Part shown: piece after piece, positions 37,364-46,003 of the stretch
How positions within the stretch are numbered: the first letter of the stretch is position 1
How the letters are laid out: the number at the start of each line of letters is the position of its first letter
Assembly: GCA_021802705.1 (NCBI GenBank)
Contig: JAJZRL010000005.1
Location: forward strand, 1 to 61,938
Direction: 5' to 3'
DNA from: a bacterium
GTDB lineage: Bacteria > Patescibacteriota > Minisyncoccia > Phycocordibacterales > Phycocordibacteraceae
Length of the DNA: 61,938 nucleotides
Notes under the pieces: generated by a model
Database searches by the model: none
What the model was told of the DNA's origin: nothing
Seen by the model: the letters and a program-made list of their open reading frames with translations, nothing else
Position numbers and translations under genes: made by a program

Positions 37364-38557
37364 TTAAAGGAATATGAAGGCCCCGCCGGCTACGGTGATG
37401 ATGCCGATAAGGCCGAGGATCCAGGGAGAATGCAACAAGCCGCCGGTTTGCGCGGCACGACCCGCTCCTCCGGATTGCGGAGGAGAAGATGTCCCAAGCG
37501 AAGCCGCCCCCGCGGCGGCGAGCTCCGTCGCCGCCGCGGGGGCGCTTACCGTTGCTGTTTCATGAGCCGTACCGCTTACTTCGCTTACAAGAGCAGGTTC
37601 GACCGTCTGCGTAGTATTGAAACCCGTGCTCGACGCGGAAGGTTTCCCTCCGGAAGCGATATCGTCCTCGGCAAGCGGCGCGACAGCTACCGGCGGCGGG
37701 ACATACCGAGCGGCGACAACGCCGCTCGGATAGGTGAGCGTTGCGGCGGATGCGATCGGCAGATTGCTGATGGTGAACGGGAAGAGCACGTTCGACCGCG
37801 GAAGAAGCGTCGTTCCGTTCGGGATACGGAAAATCCCGTCTTCGGTCAGGAAGCGCCATCCGGAAAGATCGAGGCGTTCACTCGCGTCGTTCGCGACCGT
37901 AATCCCTGCCGGCGAGACGCCGGAGATGCGTACCTGCGCGCTGCGCGCGGTAACGATCATCTCGCCGCGCCCGACGGTCGAGCCGTCCGTCGCGGTGACG
38001 ACGACCAGGTAGGTACCTGCATAACGGTAGGTTTTTTCGACGGCATTGCCTTCCGCTTGCGAACCGTCGCCGAAGCTCCACAGGAGCCTCGCGGCGGAAT
38101 CGATGGCGCCGTTCTTCGTCGTCGCTTCCGCAGAAAGATGGAGCGGCACCTCGAGTATCGCATTCCCGTCAGAGCGCACGTCTACGGAGAGCGCTGAAGG
38201 CGGGGGCGTATAGGTCGCCGTGCCAGATGGAGATGGCGGCGGTGCCGCAGAAGCCGGAGCGTCGGCATTATCGGATGTCGCCGGCGTCGCGCCTGTCTCT
38301 CCCACCGTGATGAACGGCGCGATTTTTTCGTAGGTACTGCCGGAGCCGATACCGTTTACATTTTGTATGTCTTCGATACGAACGAACGCGCCATGCTCCT
38401 GGCGATACTTGATGATTGCTCCCGCTTTTGCCAGTCCGATGCCGGGGAGCGTATCGAGAAGCGCCGCGTCCGCCGTATTGATGTTTACGGCCGCCGCGTA
38501 TGCAAACGCGGGGAAAATCATGGCGAGAACGAGCAGACCGAGCGAGCGTATAGGCAT
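37364..38557 (-). CDS. comEA: ComEA-like helix-hairpin-helix DNA receptor with PKD-like and lamin-tail-like domains and a C-terminal TM anchor
   Basis: VNINTADAALLDTLPGIGLAKAGAIIKYRQEHGAFVRIEDIQNVNGIG (HhH). WSFGDGSQAEGNAVEKTYRYAGTYLVVVTATDG (PKD-like). C-terminal WILGLIGIITVAGGAFIFL. Confidence 0.75.
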   Translation of the reverse strand: MPIRSLGLLVLAMIFPAFAYAAAVNINTADAALLDTLPGIGLAKAGAIIKYRQEHGAFVRIEDIQNVNGIGSGSTYEKIAPFITVGETGATPATSDNADAPASAAPPPSPSGTATYTPPPSALSVDVRSDGNAILEVPLHLSAEATTKNGAIDSAARLLWSFGDGSQAEGNAVEKTYRYAGTYLVVVTATDGSTVGRGEMIVTARSAQVRISGVSPAGITVANDASERLDLSGWRFLTEDGIFRIPNGTTLLPRSNVLFPFTISNLPIASAATLTYPSGVVAARYVPPPVAVAPLAEDDIASGGKPSASSTGFNTTQTVEPALVSEVSGTAHETATVSAPAAATELAAAGAASLGTSSPPQSGGAGRAAQTGGLLHSPWILGLIGIITVAGGAFIFL

Positions 38558-38559
38558 AT

Positions 38560-40281
38560 CTACGTCTCGCCTTTGAGCACCTTGCGCAACACGTTCTCGG
38601 GAACCTCGAAGGGTTTTTCTTTCCCTTCGTCGGACGGTTCGGATGATCGTTGGGGACGCTTCGACGTTTCCGCTAAGCGGACGGGCTGACGGCTGTCTTT
38701 CGTGAGGACGGTATCGAGCGCTCCCTTGAGGGACTGATGCTGCCGCTTTTCCCGCTCCTTCCCTTCAACGCCGCTCTTCGCGGTCATGGCGCGCAAGATC
38801 GATTTCAGATCATCGACGCTTTTGTTTTCGGCAACCGCACGAGGAGGCGGCATCGCGTCCGCTCTTTCCCTCCGGAACGCAGGAGGAGCCGGGGAGCGTT
38901 CCGGAGGGCGCGGCTGCGCATACGGCGTCTGAGGCGGCCGGTCCGACGACCGGCGCCTCATGCGCGCGTCCTGCGGCGCTTCCGAGGCGGCGCTTTCCAT
39001 GAGTTCGTCCATGATCGCCTTCTCGACGGCCGCGCGCGGCGAGGTGAACTGCGTACGGGAAGATTCGACGACGTTCTCGCGGTAAGAAGCCGGCGGCGGC
39101 TCTATCGGCGGGATCGTTACGGCGGAGAACGGCGCGCTCCCGACGCCGTCTATCATGAGCGAGAGGTATATCTGCCGGCGATCGAGGCTTACGATGTCCT
39201 CCTTGGTAAATCGCGGCATGAATATAGTCTCGAGCACCTCGGCATCGAAGGGGCCGACGCGGAATACCACCGTCGTGCCGACGTTGCCGAAAACCGCATC
39301 ACGCACCTCTTCTTCCATCTGTTCTATGTACTGGTGCGCGATGACGAGATTCAGCTTGTACTTGCGCGCTTCCGAGAGGATCTCGGCAAACGTCTCGTTC
39401 GCGAAGTTCTGGAATTCGTCGACATAAAAGTAGAAGGCGGGAAGCTGCGAGAGCTTTTCCGCGGAGAGGTCGGCGCGGCTCATCGCGGCGAGAAAGATGC
39501 GCGTCGTGAGCATCGAACCGAGAAGCCGCATATTGGTCTCCCCTACGAGCCCTTTGGAAAGGTTGATGATGAGTATCTTCTTCTCGTCCATCATCGCGCG
39601 GATATCGAACGATGACTTCGGCTGGCCTATGATATTCCTGATGAGCGGATTGCCGGTGAACTGGCCGATCTTGTTCTGGATGGCGGGCGTCGCTTCCTGC
39701 GTGTAGCGGTCGCCGTAATTAGCGAATTCTTTCATCCAGAAATCCTTCACGACCGGATCTTTCACGTTCTCGACGACCTTCTGGCGGTACGCTTTGTCGG
39801 TGTACATGCGATTGACGCCGAGCAGCGTCGCGTCCGGATACTCGAGAAGGGCGAGCAGCGTATTGGTGAGGATGTACTCCATGCGCGCGCTCCACGCGTC
39901 CTCCCAGATCTTCTTAAAGGTCGCCATGAGGCCGGAAACGACCAGGTGCCGCTTGTCGTAGCCCACATCCTCCATCACGTTGAACGCGATGGGGTGCTCC
40001 ATGTCAAACGGGGCGAAATAGACGACATCCTGTATCCGGTCTTCCGGAATGTAGTCGAGCAATCGCTCGACGGTGCCGCCGTGAGGATCGATGAAAGCGA
40101 GCCCTTCATGGTTCCGGAGATCCTGTATCGCCATGTTCTCAAGCAGGGTCGACTTGCCCATGCCGGTCTTGCCGATGACATACATGTGGCGGTCGCGATC
40201 TTTCGCCTTGATGCCGAAAGGCACGCGCTTCCCTCTTGAATCGGTTGCCGCGAAATAGGTGACGCGTTCTGGATTCTCCAT
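38560..40281 (-). CDS. Soluble TraD/VirD4-type (type IV coupling protein (T4CP)-like, DUF87-like) P-loop ATPase with a Pro/Arg-rich disordered tail
   Basis: Walker A GKTGMGKST. Walker B region FYFYVDEFQNF. NLVIAHQY. No N-terminal TM helices. The last ~130 aa are low-complexity. Confidence 0.7.
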   Translation of the reverse strand: MENPERVTYFAATDSRGKRVPFGIKAKDRDRHMYVIGKTGMGKSTLLENMAIQDLRNHEGLAFIDPHGGTVERLLDYIPEDRIQDVVYFAPFDMEHPIAFNVMEDVGYDKRHLVVSGLMATFKKIWEDAWSARMEYILTNTLLALLEYPDATLLGVNRMYTDKAYRQKVVENVKDPVVKDFWMKEFANYGDRYTQEATPAIQNKIGQFTGNPLIRNIIGQPKSSFDIRAMMDEKKILIINLSKGLVGETNMRLLGSMLTTRIFLAAMSRADLSAEKLSQLPAFYFYVDEFQNFANETFAEILSEARKYKLNLVIAHQYIEQMEEEVRDAVFGNVGTTVVFRVGPFDAEVLETIFMPRFTKEDIVSLDRRQIYLSLMIDGVGSAPFSAVTIPPIEPPPASYRENVVESSRTQFTSPRAAVEKAIMDELMESAASEAPQDARMRRRSSDRPPQTPYAQPRPPERSPAPPAFRRERADAMPPPRAVAENKSVDDLKSILRAMTAKSGVEGKEREKRQHQSLKGALDTVLTKDSRQPVRLAETSKRPQRSSEPSDEGKEKPFEVPENVLRKVLKGET

Positions 40282-40361
40282 TGCAGATTAAGTATAGCAA
40301 AAGACGCGTCGCGCTTATTACGTTTATGCGCGATGTTTCAGTTTGCCGGACTCTTCTCTGG

Positions 40362-40592
40362 CTAGATCGGAGAAATGGTGTGAGGAGGTTCCCCTGCTTC
40401 CGGTGCCGTTATCGGAGCTGTGGAAGAAGACGCTGGACGGCGGTTATCCCGAACGCGCATCGAGATGCCGATCCCGAATACGCATACGCCGAGAACGAAC
40501 ATGAGGAGCGAGCGGAACGCCGAAGGGAGTCCGGAATACGGCATAAGGATGATCAGCATCCCGAAAAGAATGAGCGTGCTTGCACGTGACAT
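40362..40592 (-). CDS. Small two-helix membrane protein
   Basis: 76 aa, LILFGMLIILMPYSGL and LLMFVLGVCVFGIGISM. TATACT lies 6 nt upstream of the ATG. Confidence 0.4.
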   Translation of the reverse strand: MSRASTLILFGMLIILMPYSGLPSAFRSLLMFVLGVCVFGIGISMRVRDNRRPASSSTAPITAPEAGEPPHTISPI

Positions 40593-40604
40593 GTGAGAAG
40601 TATA

Positions 40605-41285
40605 TCAAGGCGCAACGACGATGACAAACTCCCCGCGCACGTCGCCGGCACGTTCGGTAAACCGCGAGATGGCCTCGTCCGCCGTGCCGATGATGACCTC
40701 CTCGTGAATCTTGGTAAGCTCCCGGCAGACGGCGATGGTCCGGGAAGACGGGAGAGCTTTCGCGAGCGAGATGAGCGTCTTCATGAGGCGGTGCGGCGAT
40801 TCGTAAAAAACCACGGCACGTTTCTCCGCGGCGATCTCCTTGAAGAGCGTTTGCCGGCCTTTCTTGTGCGGCAGGAAACCGAGAAAAACGAAAGCGGCTG
40901 TCGGAAGTCCCGCGACAGAGAGCGCGGCAGCGAGTGCCGACGGTCCGGGTATCGCTTCGATACGGACGCCGTCTTGAAGCTGCTCCCGCACGATCGCGAC
41001 AAGCTCGCTGCCCGGATCGCTTATGCCGGGCGTTCCGGCGTCGGTAACGAGCGCGACACGCTTCCCTTCCGCAAGCAGGGCAAGCACGCGCTTCACGTTC
41101 GAGCGGCCGCTGCGGGCGTGGTAGATAACGAGCGGTTTCTGGATAGCGTACCGCGCGAGCAGCTTCGCCGTTACTCGCGTATCCTCACAGGCGATAACGT
41201 CCGCGCCTATGAGCGTCTCAAGCGCGCGGAGCGTGATGTCGCCCAGATTCCCGATAGGCGTCGCGACGATAGAGAGCGTCCCCAT
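40605..41285 (-). CDS. rsmI: 16S rRNA (cytidine1402-2'-O)-methyltransferase
   Basis: MGTLSIVATPIGNLGDITLRALETLIGADVIACEDTR, the tetrapyrrole-methylase fold typical of RsmI. Confidence 0.9.
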   Translation of the reverse strand: MGTLSIVATPIGNLGDITLRALETLIGADVIACEDTRVTAKLLARYAIQKPLVIYHARSGRSNVKRVLALLAEGKRVALVTDAGTPGISDPGSELVAIVREQLQDGVRIEAIPGPSALAAALSVAGLPTAAFVFLGFLPHKKGRQTLFKEIAAEKRAVVFYESPHRLMKTLISLAKALPSSRTIAVCRELTKIHEEVIIGTADEAISRFTERAGDVRGEFVIVVAP

Positions 41286-41392
41286 GCAAGCACTCTACCG
41301 CATACGCTTCCCGGAGCGCTATGTTGACTTGTCCGATAAGTGAGGTAGTATTTCACGCGGAAGGACCCCTCAACTACCGAAAGGAGAACGAG

Positions 41393-42220
41393 ATGTTTAC
41401 GTGCAAAAGGCCGGACGTCAGTATCCTGGCGTTAAACCCCGAGGACGGGAAGAAGCTGTACGGACTTGCAAACTGGTCCCTGCAGCCGATACAAACGCAA
41501 CAAGACGTATACATTCACCAGCGCCTCACGAAAGCGCTCCGTACCACATTTGAAGGCATGGAAACGTACCGGGTATACGCCCCGCACGTCGTTCCGGCAA
41601 GCGCCGAGATCGTCAACACGACGACGCTCAAAAAATGCATTCGGCTCGGCGGTGATGTTTCCCTGTACCGGAACAACGAAGTGCCTGCGGACGGCGTATT
41701 CCTCAAAAAAGGAGAAGGCTTCGCGATGAGCGCCGCCGGCTGTCCGATCATTATCGCGACCGCCTACGAGCATATGATCGTCGCTCATGCCGGACGGGAT
41801 TCGCTCATCGAGCGCAGCGCCGTCATGGGTGAGCCGGCGCGCAAGCACCTCAGCATCGTCAATGCCATCATCGAAGCCTTCAAAGAGCGCGGCGCGCGGA
41901 CCCACGAGATCGTCATGTGCATGCAATTTTCGATTCCGGTAGGAAAATTCGAACACCGGTTCGATCACCCGCGGCACGGCGCATACAACAAGGCGCTCGC
42001 CGCGTTCATCGACGAACGGTGGAAAAATTGCATGATCCGCGAGAACGGCAACGCCATGTTCCTCAGTCTCGAATCGCTCTTCGTGGAACAGGCGCGCCAA
42101 GCCGGCGTTTCTCACGTATGGGCTGCCGTCTCGCTCGAAAGGAACTACGGTCTTGCGCACACGCATGACGGCGAGGATCCCGGCAGACGGAACCTTATTT
42201 TCGTCAAGCGCAATGCTTGA
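41393..42220 (+). CDS. Hypothetical protein, possibly a divergent YfiH/DUF152 (PgeF-like) fold
   Basis: 275 aa from the ATG preceded by aaaggagaacgag. SAAGCPIIIA and VAHAGRDS loosely resemble the Cys and His motifs of DUF152. The call is weak. Confidence 0.35.
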   Translation: MFTCKRPDVSILALNPEDGKKLYGLANWSLQPIQTQQDVYIHQRLTKALRTTFEGMETYRVYAPHVVPASAEIVNTTTLKKCIRLGGDVSLYRNNEVPADGVFLKKGEGFAMSAAGCPIIIATAYEHMIVAHAGRDSLIERSAVMGEPARKHLSIVNAIIEAFKERGARTHEIVMCMQFSIPVGKFEHRFDHPRHGAYNKALAAFIDERWKNCMIRENGNAMFLSLESLFVEQARQAGVSHVWAAVSLERNYGLAHTHDGEDPGRRNLIFVKRNA

Positions 42221-42248
42221 CCCGTGCGAAATTATCGCGAGCGCATGA

Positions 42249-42280
42249 GGCGACCCTTCCCGGGCCGCCTTTTTATTTTT
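42249..42280 (+). terminator. Rho-independent terminator after 41393..42220
   Basis: ggcgaccc-ttccc-gggccgcc followed by tttttattttt. Confidence 0.55.
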
Positions 42281-42310
42281 CTGACCCTCTCGCCTCGGCA
42301 ACAGGGTCCG

Positions 42311-43603
42311 CTACGACGCGACGAGCGTCTGAGCGACCTTGTAGATATCGCCTGCGCCCATCGTCATGATGACGTCGTCCGGCCCCGCCTCGGCGAGCGA
42401 AGGCAGGATGGCCTCGAACGAATCGAACGCTTCGGCGTTCACGTCGTTCGTTCGGATGCTCTCGGCAAGCCGCTCGCTTGAAACCGAGCCGTCGTCGTCC
42501 TCCCGCGCCGCATAGATAGGCGCGAGGAATACGCGGTCCGCATCCTTGAACGCCCGTGCAAAATCGGAGAACAAGTCGCGGGTGCGGCTGAAAAGATGCG
42601 GTTGGAACACGACGAAGAGCCTCCCTTTCGTCGTGGCGCGCAGAGCGGCGAGCGTGCTTGAGACGGCCGTGGGGTGGTGCGCATAGTCGTCATACACGAG
42701 CGCGCCGTTCCCGGTCTTTCCCTTGTACTCGAAGCGGCGCCACGTACCGAGGAAACCCGAAAGCGAACGGGCGAGCGCAGCGTCCGGAAGAGACGGGACG
42801 ATGGCCCGCGCGGCGGCTGCCGCCGCGCGGGCATTCATCATGTTGAATTCGCCCGGAAGCGCGAGCGTATAGGACGGTTCCTCCATATAATCGACAACTC
42901 GCGCCTGCGCGTCCTTAAGAAGCGGCGCGATGGCTTCATTCCCCAGATCGGTAACAATCACACCGTCTGCCGGTACGCGTTCGATCGCCTTCCGGAAGGT
43001 GTCCTGTAACGCGGCGAGCGAGGGGAAATAGTCCGTATGGTCCCATTCGAGATTCGTAATGACAAGCACCGAAGGAGAGAGTTCGAGCAGGTGGTCGCGA
43101 TACTCGCACGCTTCGACAACGAAAAGTTCCGATGTTCCCGCAAGATAATTCGAACCGAAGTCGCGCACGATAGAACCGACGATCGCCGTCGGCGATGCGC
43201 CCGCATCATGCAAGATACACGCAAGCATGCCGGTCGTCGTGGTCTTGCCGTGAGTACCCGCGATCGCTATGGTGCGCATCGGCGATGACACTTGCCCGAG
43301 CATTTCGAAGTAGGAGCGTTCCGGGATGCCGCGGCGCGCCGCTTCCGCGCGCTCTTCGTTATCCGCCGCCACCGCATCGCTATAAATGACGACATCCGCA
43401 TCCATCGGGACATTTTCCGCACGCTGCGGCACGATGACGCGGATACCCTTCTTTTCAAGAAGCTCCGTTACCGGGCTTCGGGCGCGATCCGAGCCCGTCA
43501 CGACAACCCCCTTATCACTCAGGTATTGCGCAAGCGCGCTCATCCCGATGCCGCCGATGCCGATACAATATGCTTTCTCGACGGAAAAGCCGGCGGTCTT
43601 CAT
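42311..43603 (-). CDS. murC: UDP-N-acetylmuramate--L-alanine ligase
   Basis: IGIGGIGMSALAQYLSDKGVVVTGSD and IAGTHGKTTTTGM. Confidence 0.9.
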   Translation of the reverse strand: MKTAGFSVEKAYCIGIGGIGMSALAQYLSDKGVVVTGSDRARSPVTELLEKKGIRVIVPQRAENVPMDADVVIYSDAVAADNEERAEAARRGIPERSYFEMLGQVSSPMRTIAIAGTHGKTTTTGMLACILHDAGASPTAIVGSIVRDFGSNYLAGTSELFVVEACEYRDHLLELSPSVLVITNLEWDHTDYFPSLAALQDTFRKAIERVPADGVIVTDLGNEAIAPLLKDAQARVVDYMEEPSYTLALPGEFNMMNARAAAAAARAIVPSLPDAALARSLSGFLGTWRRFEYKGKTGNGALVYDDYAHHPTAVSSTLAALRATTKGRLFVVFQPHLFSRTRDLFSDFARAFKDADRVFLAPIYAAREDDDGSVSSERLAESIRTNDVNAEAFDSFEAILPSLAEAGPDDVIMTMGAGDIYKVAQTLVAS

Positions 43604-44910
43604 AGTGCCCGGATAATAGCCGTAAACCGGTCTCCCCTGTCGTATTCGTTCTTGAACATGCCGAACGACGCGAATGCCGGAGAAAAGAGTATCGAATCGC
43701 CGCGTGTCGCGGATGAACGCGAATCCTCGACCGCATCAGGGAGCGAATCATAGACCGGCGCATGCGGGAGTGCTTCTCGTATGCGACTCGTGCCGGTGCC
43801 CTCAAGCAGGATGACCTTCTTGACCGATGCGAGCTGCGCAAGAAGCGCATCCATACGAAGCCCCTTGTCGGCCCCGCCCATGATAAGCACGATGCGGGAA
43901 GGATCGAGTGCGGCAAGCGCGGCGAGAGTCGCCTCCGGCGTCGTCGACGCCGTATCGTTGTAGACGTTCACGCCGCCCATCTCGCGGATGAACTCGAGCC
44001 GGCCGGGAACGCCCGGGAATGACTCTATGGCGCGCCGGCTCGCTTCGTCGGCGATCCCGTACGAACGTGCCGCGGCAAGCGCGAGCGCAGCGTTATACCG
44101 ATTGTGCGTGCCGATGGTGCGGAGCGCCCACGTGTCCGGCAGTTTCGTCTCGTCGGCAACGATGATGCGCGACTCGATACGCTCGCCGTATTTCTCGATT
44201 ATAAGAGGAGCGCATTGCGCGCCGAGAACAAGCGTGTCCTCGGGCGTCTGGCGGAGAAAGATGTTCGATTTATCGGCGAGGTATGCGCCGATGTCTTCGG
44301 CGTAGTAGTTGAGATGGTCGGGATAGAATGTGGTGAACACCGCGATATGCGGACTCATCCCTGCGGCGCGCCAGCCCTGCAACTGCCACGAATCAAGCTC
44401 GAGCACGGCGGTGTGCGACGAAGTTGCGAGAGGAAGCAGCGCGAGCGTGGAGACTCCGCGAATATTCCCGCCAAGCAATACCGGCCAGCCGGCTTCTTCG
44501 AGGATGGCGGCTACGAGGTGGGTTACGGTCGACTTGCCGCGCGTGCCGGTTATGCCGATGACCGGTACACGCGATATTTCCGCGAAAAGATCGGCGCTCA
44601 TGCGGACAGGAATGTTATTCTTCTCCGCTTCCGCGATGAACGGCGAATCGAGAGGAACTCCCGCAGCTTTCAGGATGAAATCGCGATCGCGGAAATCTTC
44701 GAGCCGATGCTCGCCGAGAACGAAACGCATGTTCGGAAACCGTTCAAGGGCCGCCACTGATTCCGCGAGCGCTTCCCGCGGCTTCAGGTCGGTCACAATA
44801 AGATCGGCACCGCACTCGGCCAGGTATCGCGCATCGCCGACGCCCCGACCCAAGAGGCCGAGACCCATGACCGTAACCCGTTTCCCGCTGAAATGGCCCG
44901 AAGCGTCCAT
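43600..44910 (-). CDS. murD: UDP-N-acetylmuramoylalanine--D-glutamate ligase
   Basis: GKRVTVMGLGLLGRGVGDARYL and GITGTRGKSTVTHL. ATG at 44910 (the track opens at TTG 44916). Confidence 0.9.
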   Translation of the reverse strand: MDASGHFSGKRVTVMGLGLLGRGVGDARYLAECGADLIVTDLKPREALAESVAALERFPNMRFVLGEHRLEDFRDRDFILKAAGVPLDSPFIAEAEKNNIPVRMSADLFAEISRVPVIGITGTRGKSTVTHLVAAILEEAGWPVLLGGNIRGVSTLALLPLATSSHTAVLELDSWQLQGWRAAGMSPHIAVFTTFYPDHLNYYAEDIGAYLADKSNIFLRQTPEDTLVLGAQCAPLIIEKYGERIESRIIVADETKLPDTWALRTIGTHNRYNAALALAAARSYGIADEASRRAIESFPGVPGRLEFIREMGGVNVYNDTASTTPEATLAALAALDPSRIVLIMGGADKGLRMDALLAQLASVKKVILLEGTGTSRIREALPHAPVYDSLPDAVEDSRSSATRGDSILFSPAFASFGMFKNEYDRGDRFTAIIRAL

Positions 44911-44975
44911 CCTCAAATCCTACTTGCTCCTTGCGCGGAGTGCAAAGCAGGGGAATCGCTCTCAAACAAGAGCAA

Positions 44976-45491
44976 TTATTGCGGGCAGCTTGTCGTCGCT
45001 GTCTGGTCTTCGTGCACAAGCGGGAGCGAGGTCTTCGGCACCGCGATGATCTGATATGGATCGGTCGTCGACTGCGAGAGGACGCAGGCGCTCCCGGGCG
45101 AAGCCAGCGTTATCGTAACCATCCGCACGACGCTGTCTGCGATTTTCGATACCGAGATCGCGTATCCTCCGGTCGGTTTTTCTCCGGAAAAGACAGCAAT
45201 GATATCGTGAGTCGAAAAATCGACGTTCGGCATCGGATCGGTCGTTCTTATCATCTTCCAAAGCTCTTCAAGCTGACTCTTCGATGTGATGACGTAATTG
45301 ACGCGCCCGGTTACTGATGATCGCGTTCCCTGCAGGAGGTCGGTGAACGGCACGTCAACGGCGGCCGAACTATTCTGCGTTCCGGCAGAAAGCGACGTAT
45401 CCGAAAGGGTGCCGCGCCCATAAAGGAGAATGTACGAACCTAACACAAGGGCGACAGCCGCGAGGCCGACAAGGATGAACGTATCTCTCAT
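44976..45491 (-). CDS. Secreted PrcB-like (protease complex subunit C-terminal domain) protein
   Basis: N-terminal TM/signal ILVGLAAVALVLGSYILLY. FSGEKPTGGYAISVSKI resembles the PrcB_C motif. Confidence 0.5.
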   Translation of the reverse strand: MRDTFILVGLAAVALVLGSYILLYGRGTLSDTSLSAGTQNSSAAVDVPFTDLLQGTRSSVTGRVNYVITSKSQLEELWKMIRTTDPMPNVDFSTHDIIAVFSGEKPTGGYAISVSKIADSVVRMVTITLASPGSACVLSQSTTDPYQIIAVPKTSLPLVHEDQTATTSCPQ

Positions 45492-45563
45492 GAGGAAAGT
45501 ATAGCCGAACGCAAGCTCCCCCGTGAGACGAGGGTGGGTATAACTTACTGGGCGGGAGAACGG

Positions 45564-45636
45564 TGCGCGCGCTAGGGATCGAACCTAGGACCTTCCGCGT
45601 ATCAGGCGGGCGCTCTACCAGCTGAGCTACGCGCGC
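45564..45636 (-). tRNA. tRNA-Ile (anticodon GAU)
   Basis: The minus strand reads GCGCGCG-TA-GCTCAGCTGGTAGAGC-G-CCCGC-CTGATAC-GCGGA-AGGTC-CTAGG-TTCGATC-CCTAG-CGCGCGC-A. All arms fold, with one C-A mismatch in the anticodon stem. CCA is not fully encoded. Confidence 0.85.
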
Positions 45637-46003
45637 AAACAGCGCAAGAAACGGAAACTGAAAAATCACCTGCCGGCTGTGGCCGGTTTTTTGATTCTAC
45701 CAGAAGCCGTTTAAACTGTCGCTCTTTGTCGGAAAGCGGCAGGCGCCCTAAGGCGCCTGCCGCTTTCCGTGATTCTGAGAAAGAAGTCTGCTCTCTTTTG
45801 TTCCGCCTATCCTGTTCCATTCGAGAGCTCATATGCGGCTCTCGAACGCCACCGGGTTACGTTATCCGGCTTCCGGGTACCGTTTAAAGACGAGTACCAT
45901 CTCTTCATTCCCCGAAGGAAACGATCGACGTGATACTCCTTTCGGGAGTATCGGTTCCAATTGGATATGTTCCACGAACAGCTTCCGCTACCCGTGCCTT
46001 GTT

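Noticed and set aside
45925-45960. The idea that GGA...AUCAC GUCGAUCGUUUCCUUC downstream of helix 45 hides a split anti-SD created by a fourth small insertion
   Set aside because: It requires ad hoc boundaries and still does not yield CCUCC. The position-by-position alignment of GGAACAUAUCCAAU with the E. coli tail is simpler. It is kept only as the stated refutation route for the anti-SD finding.
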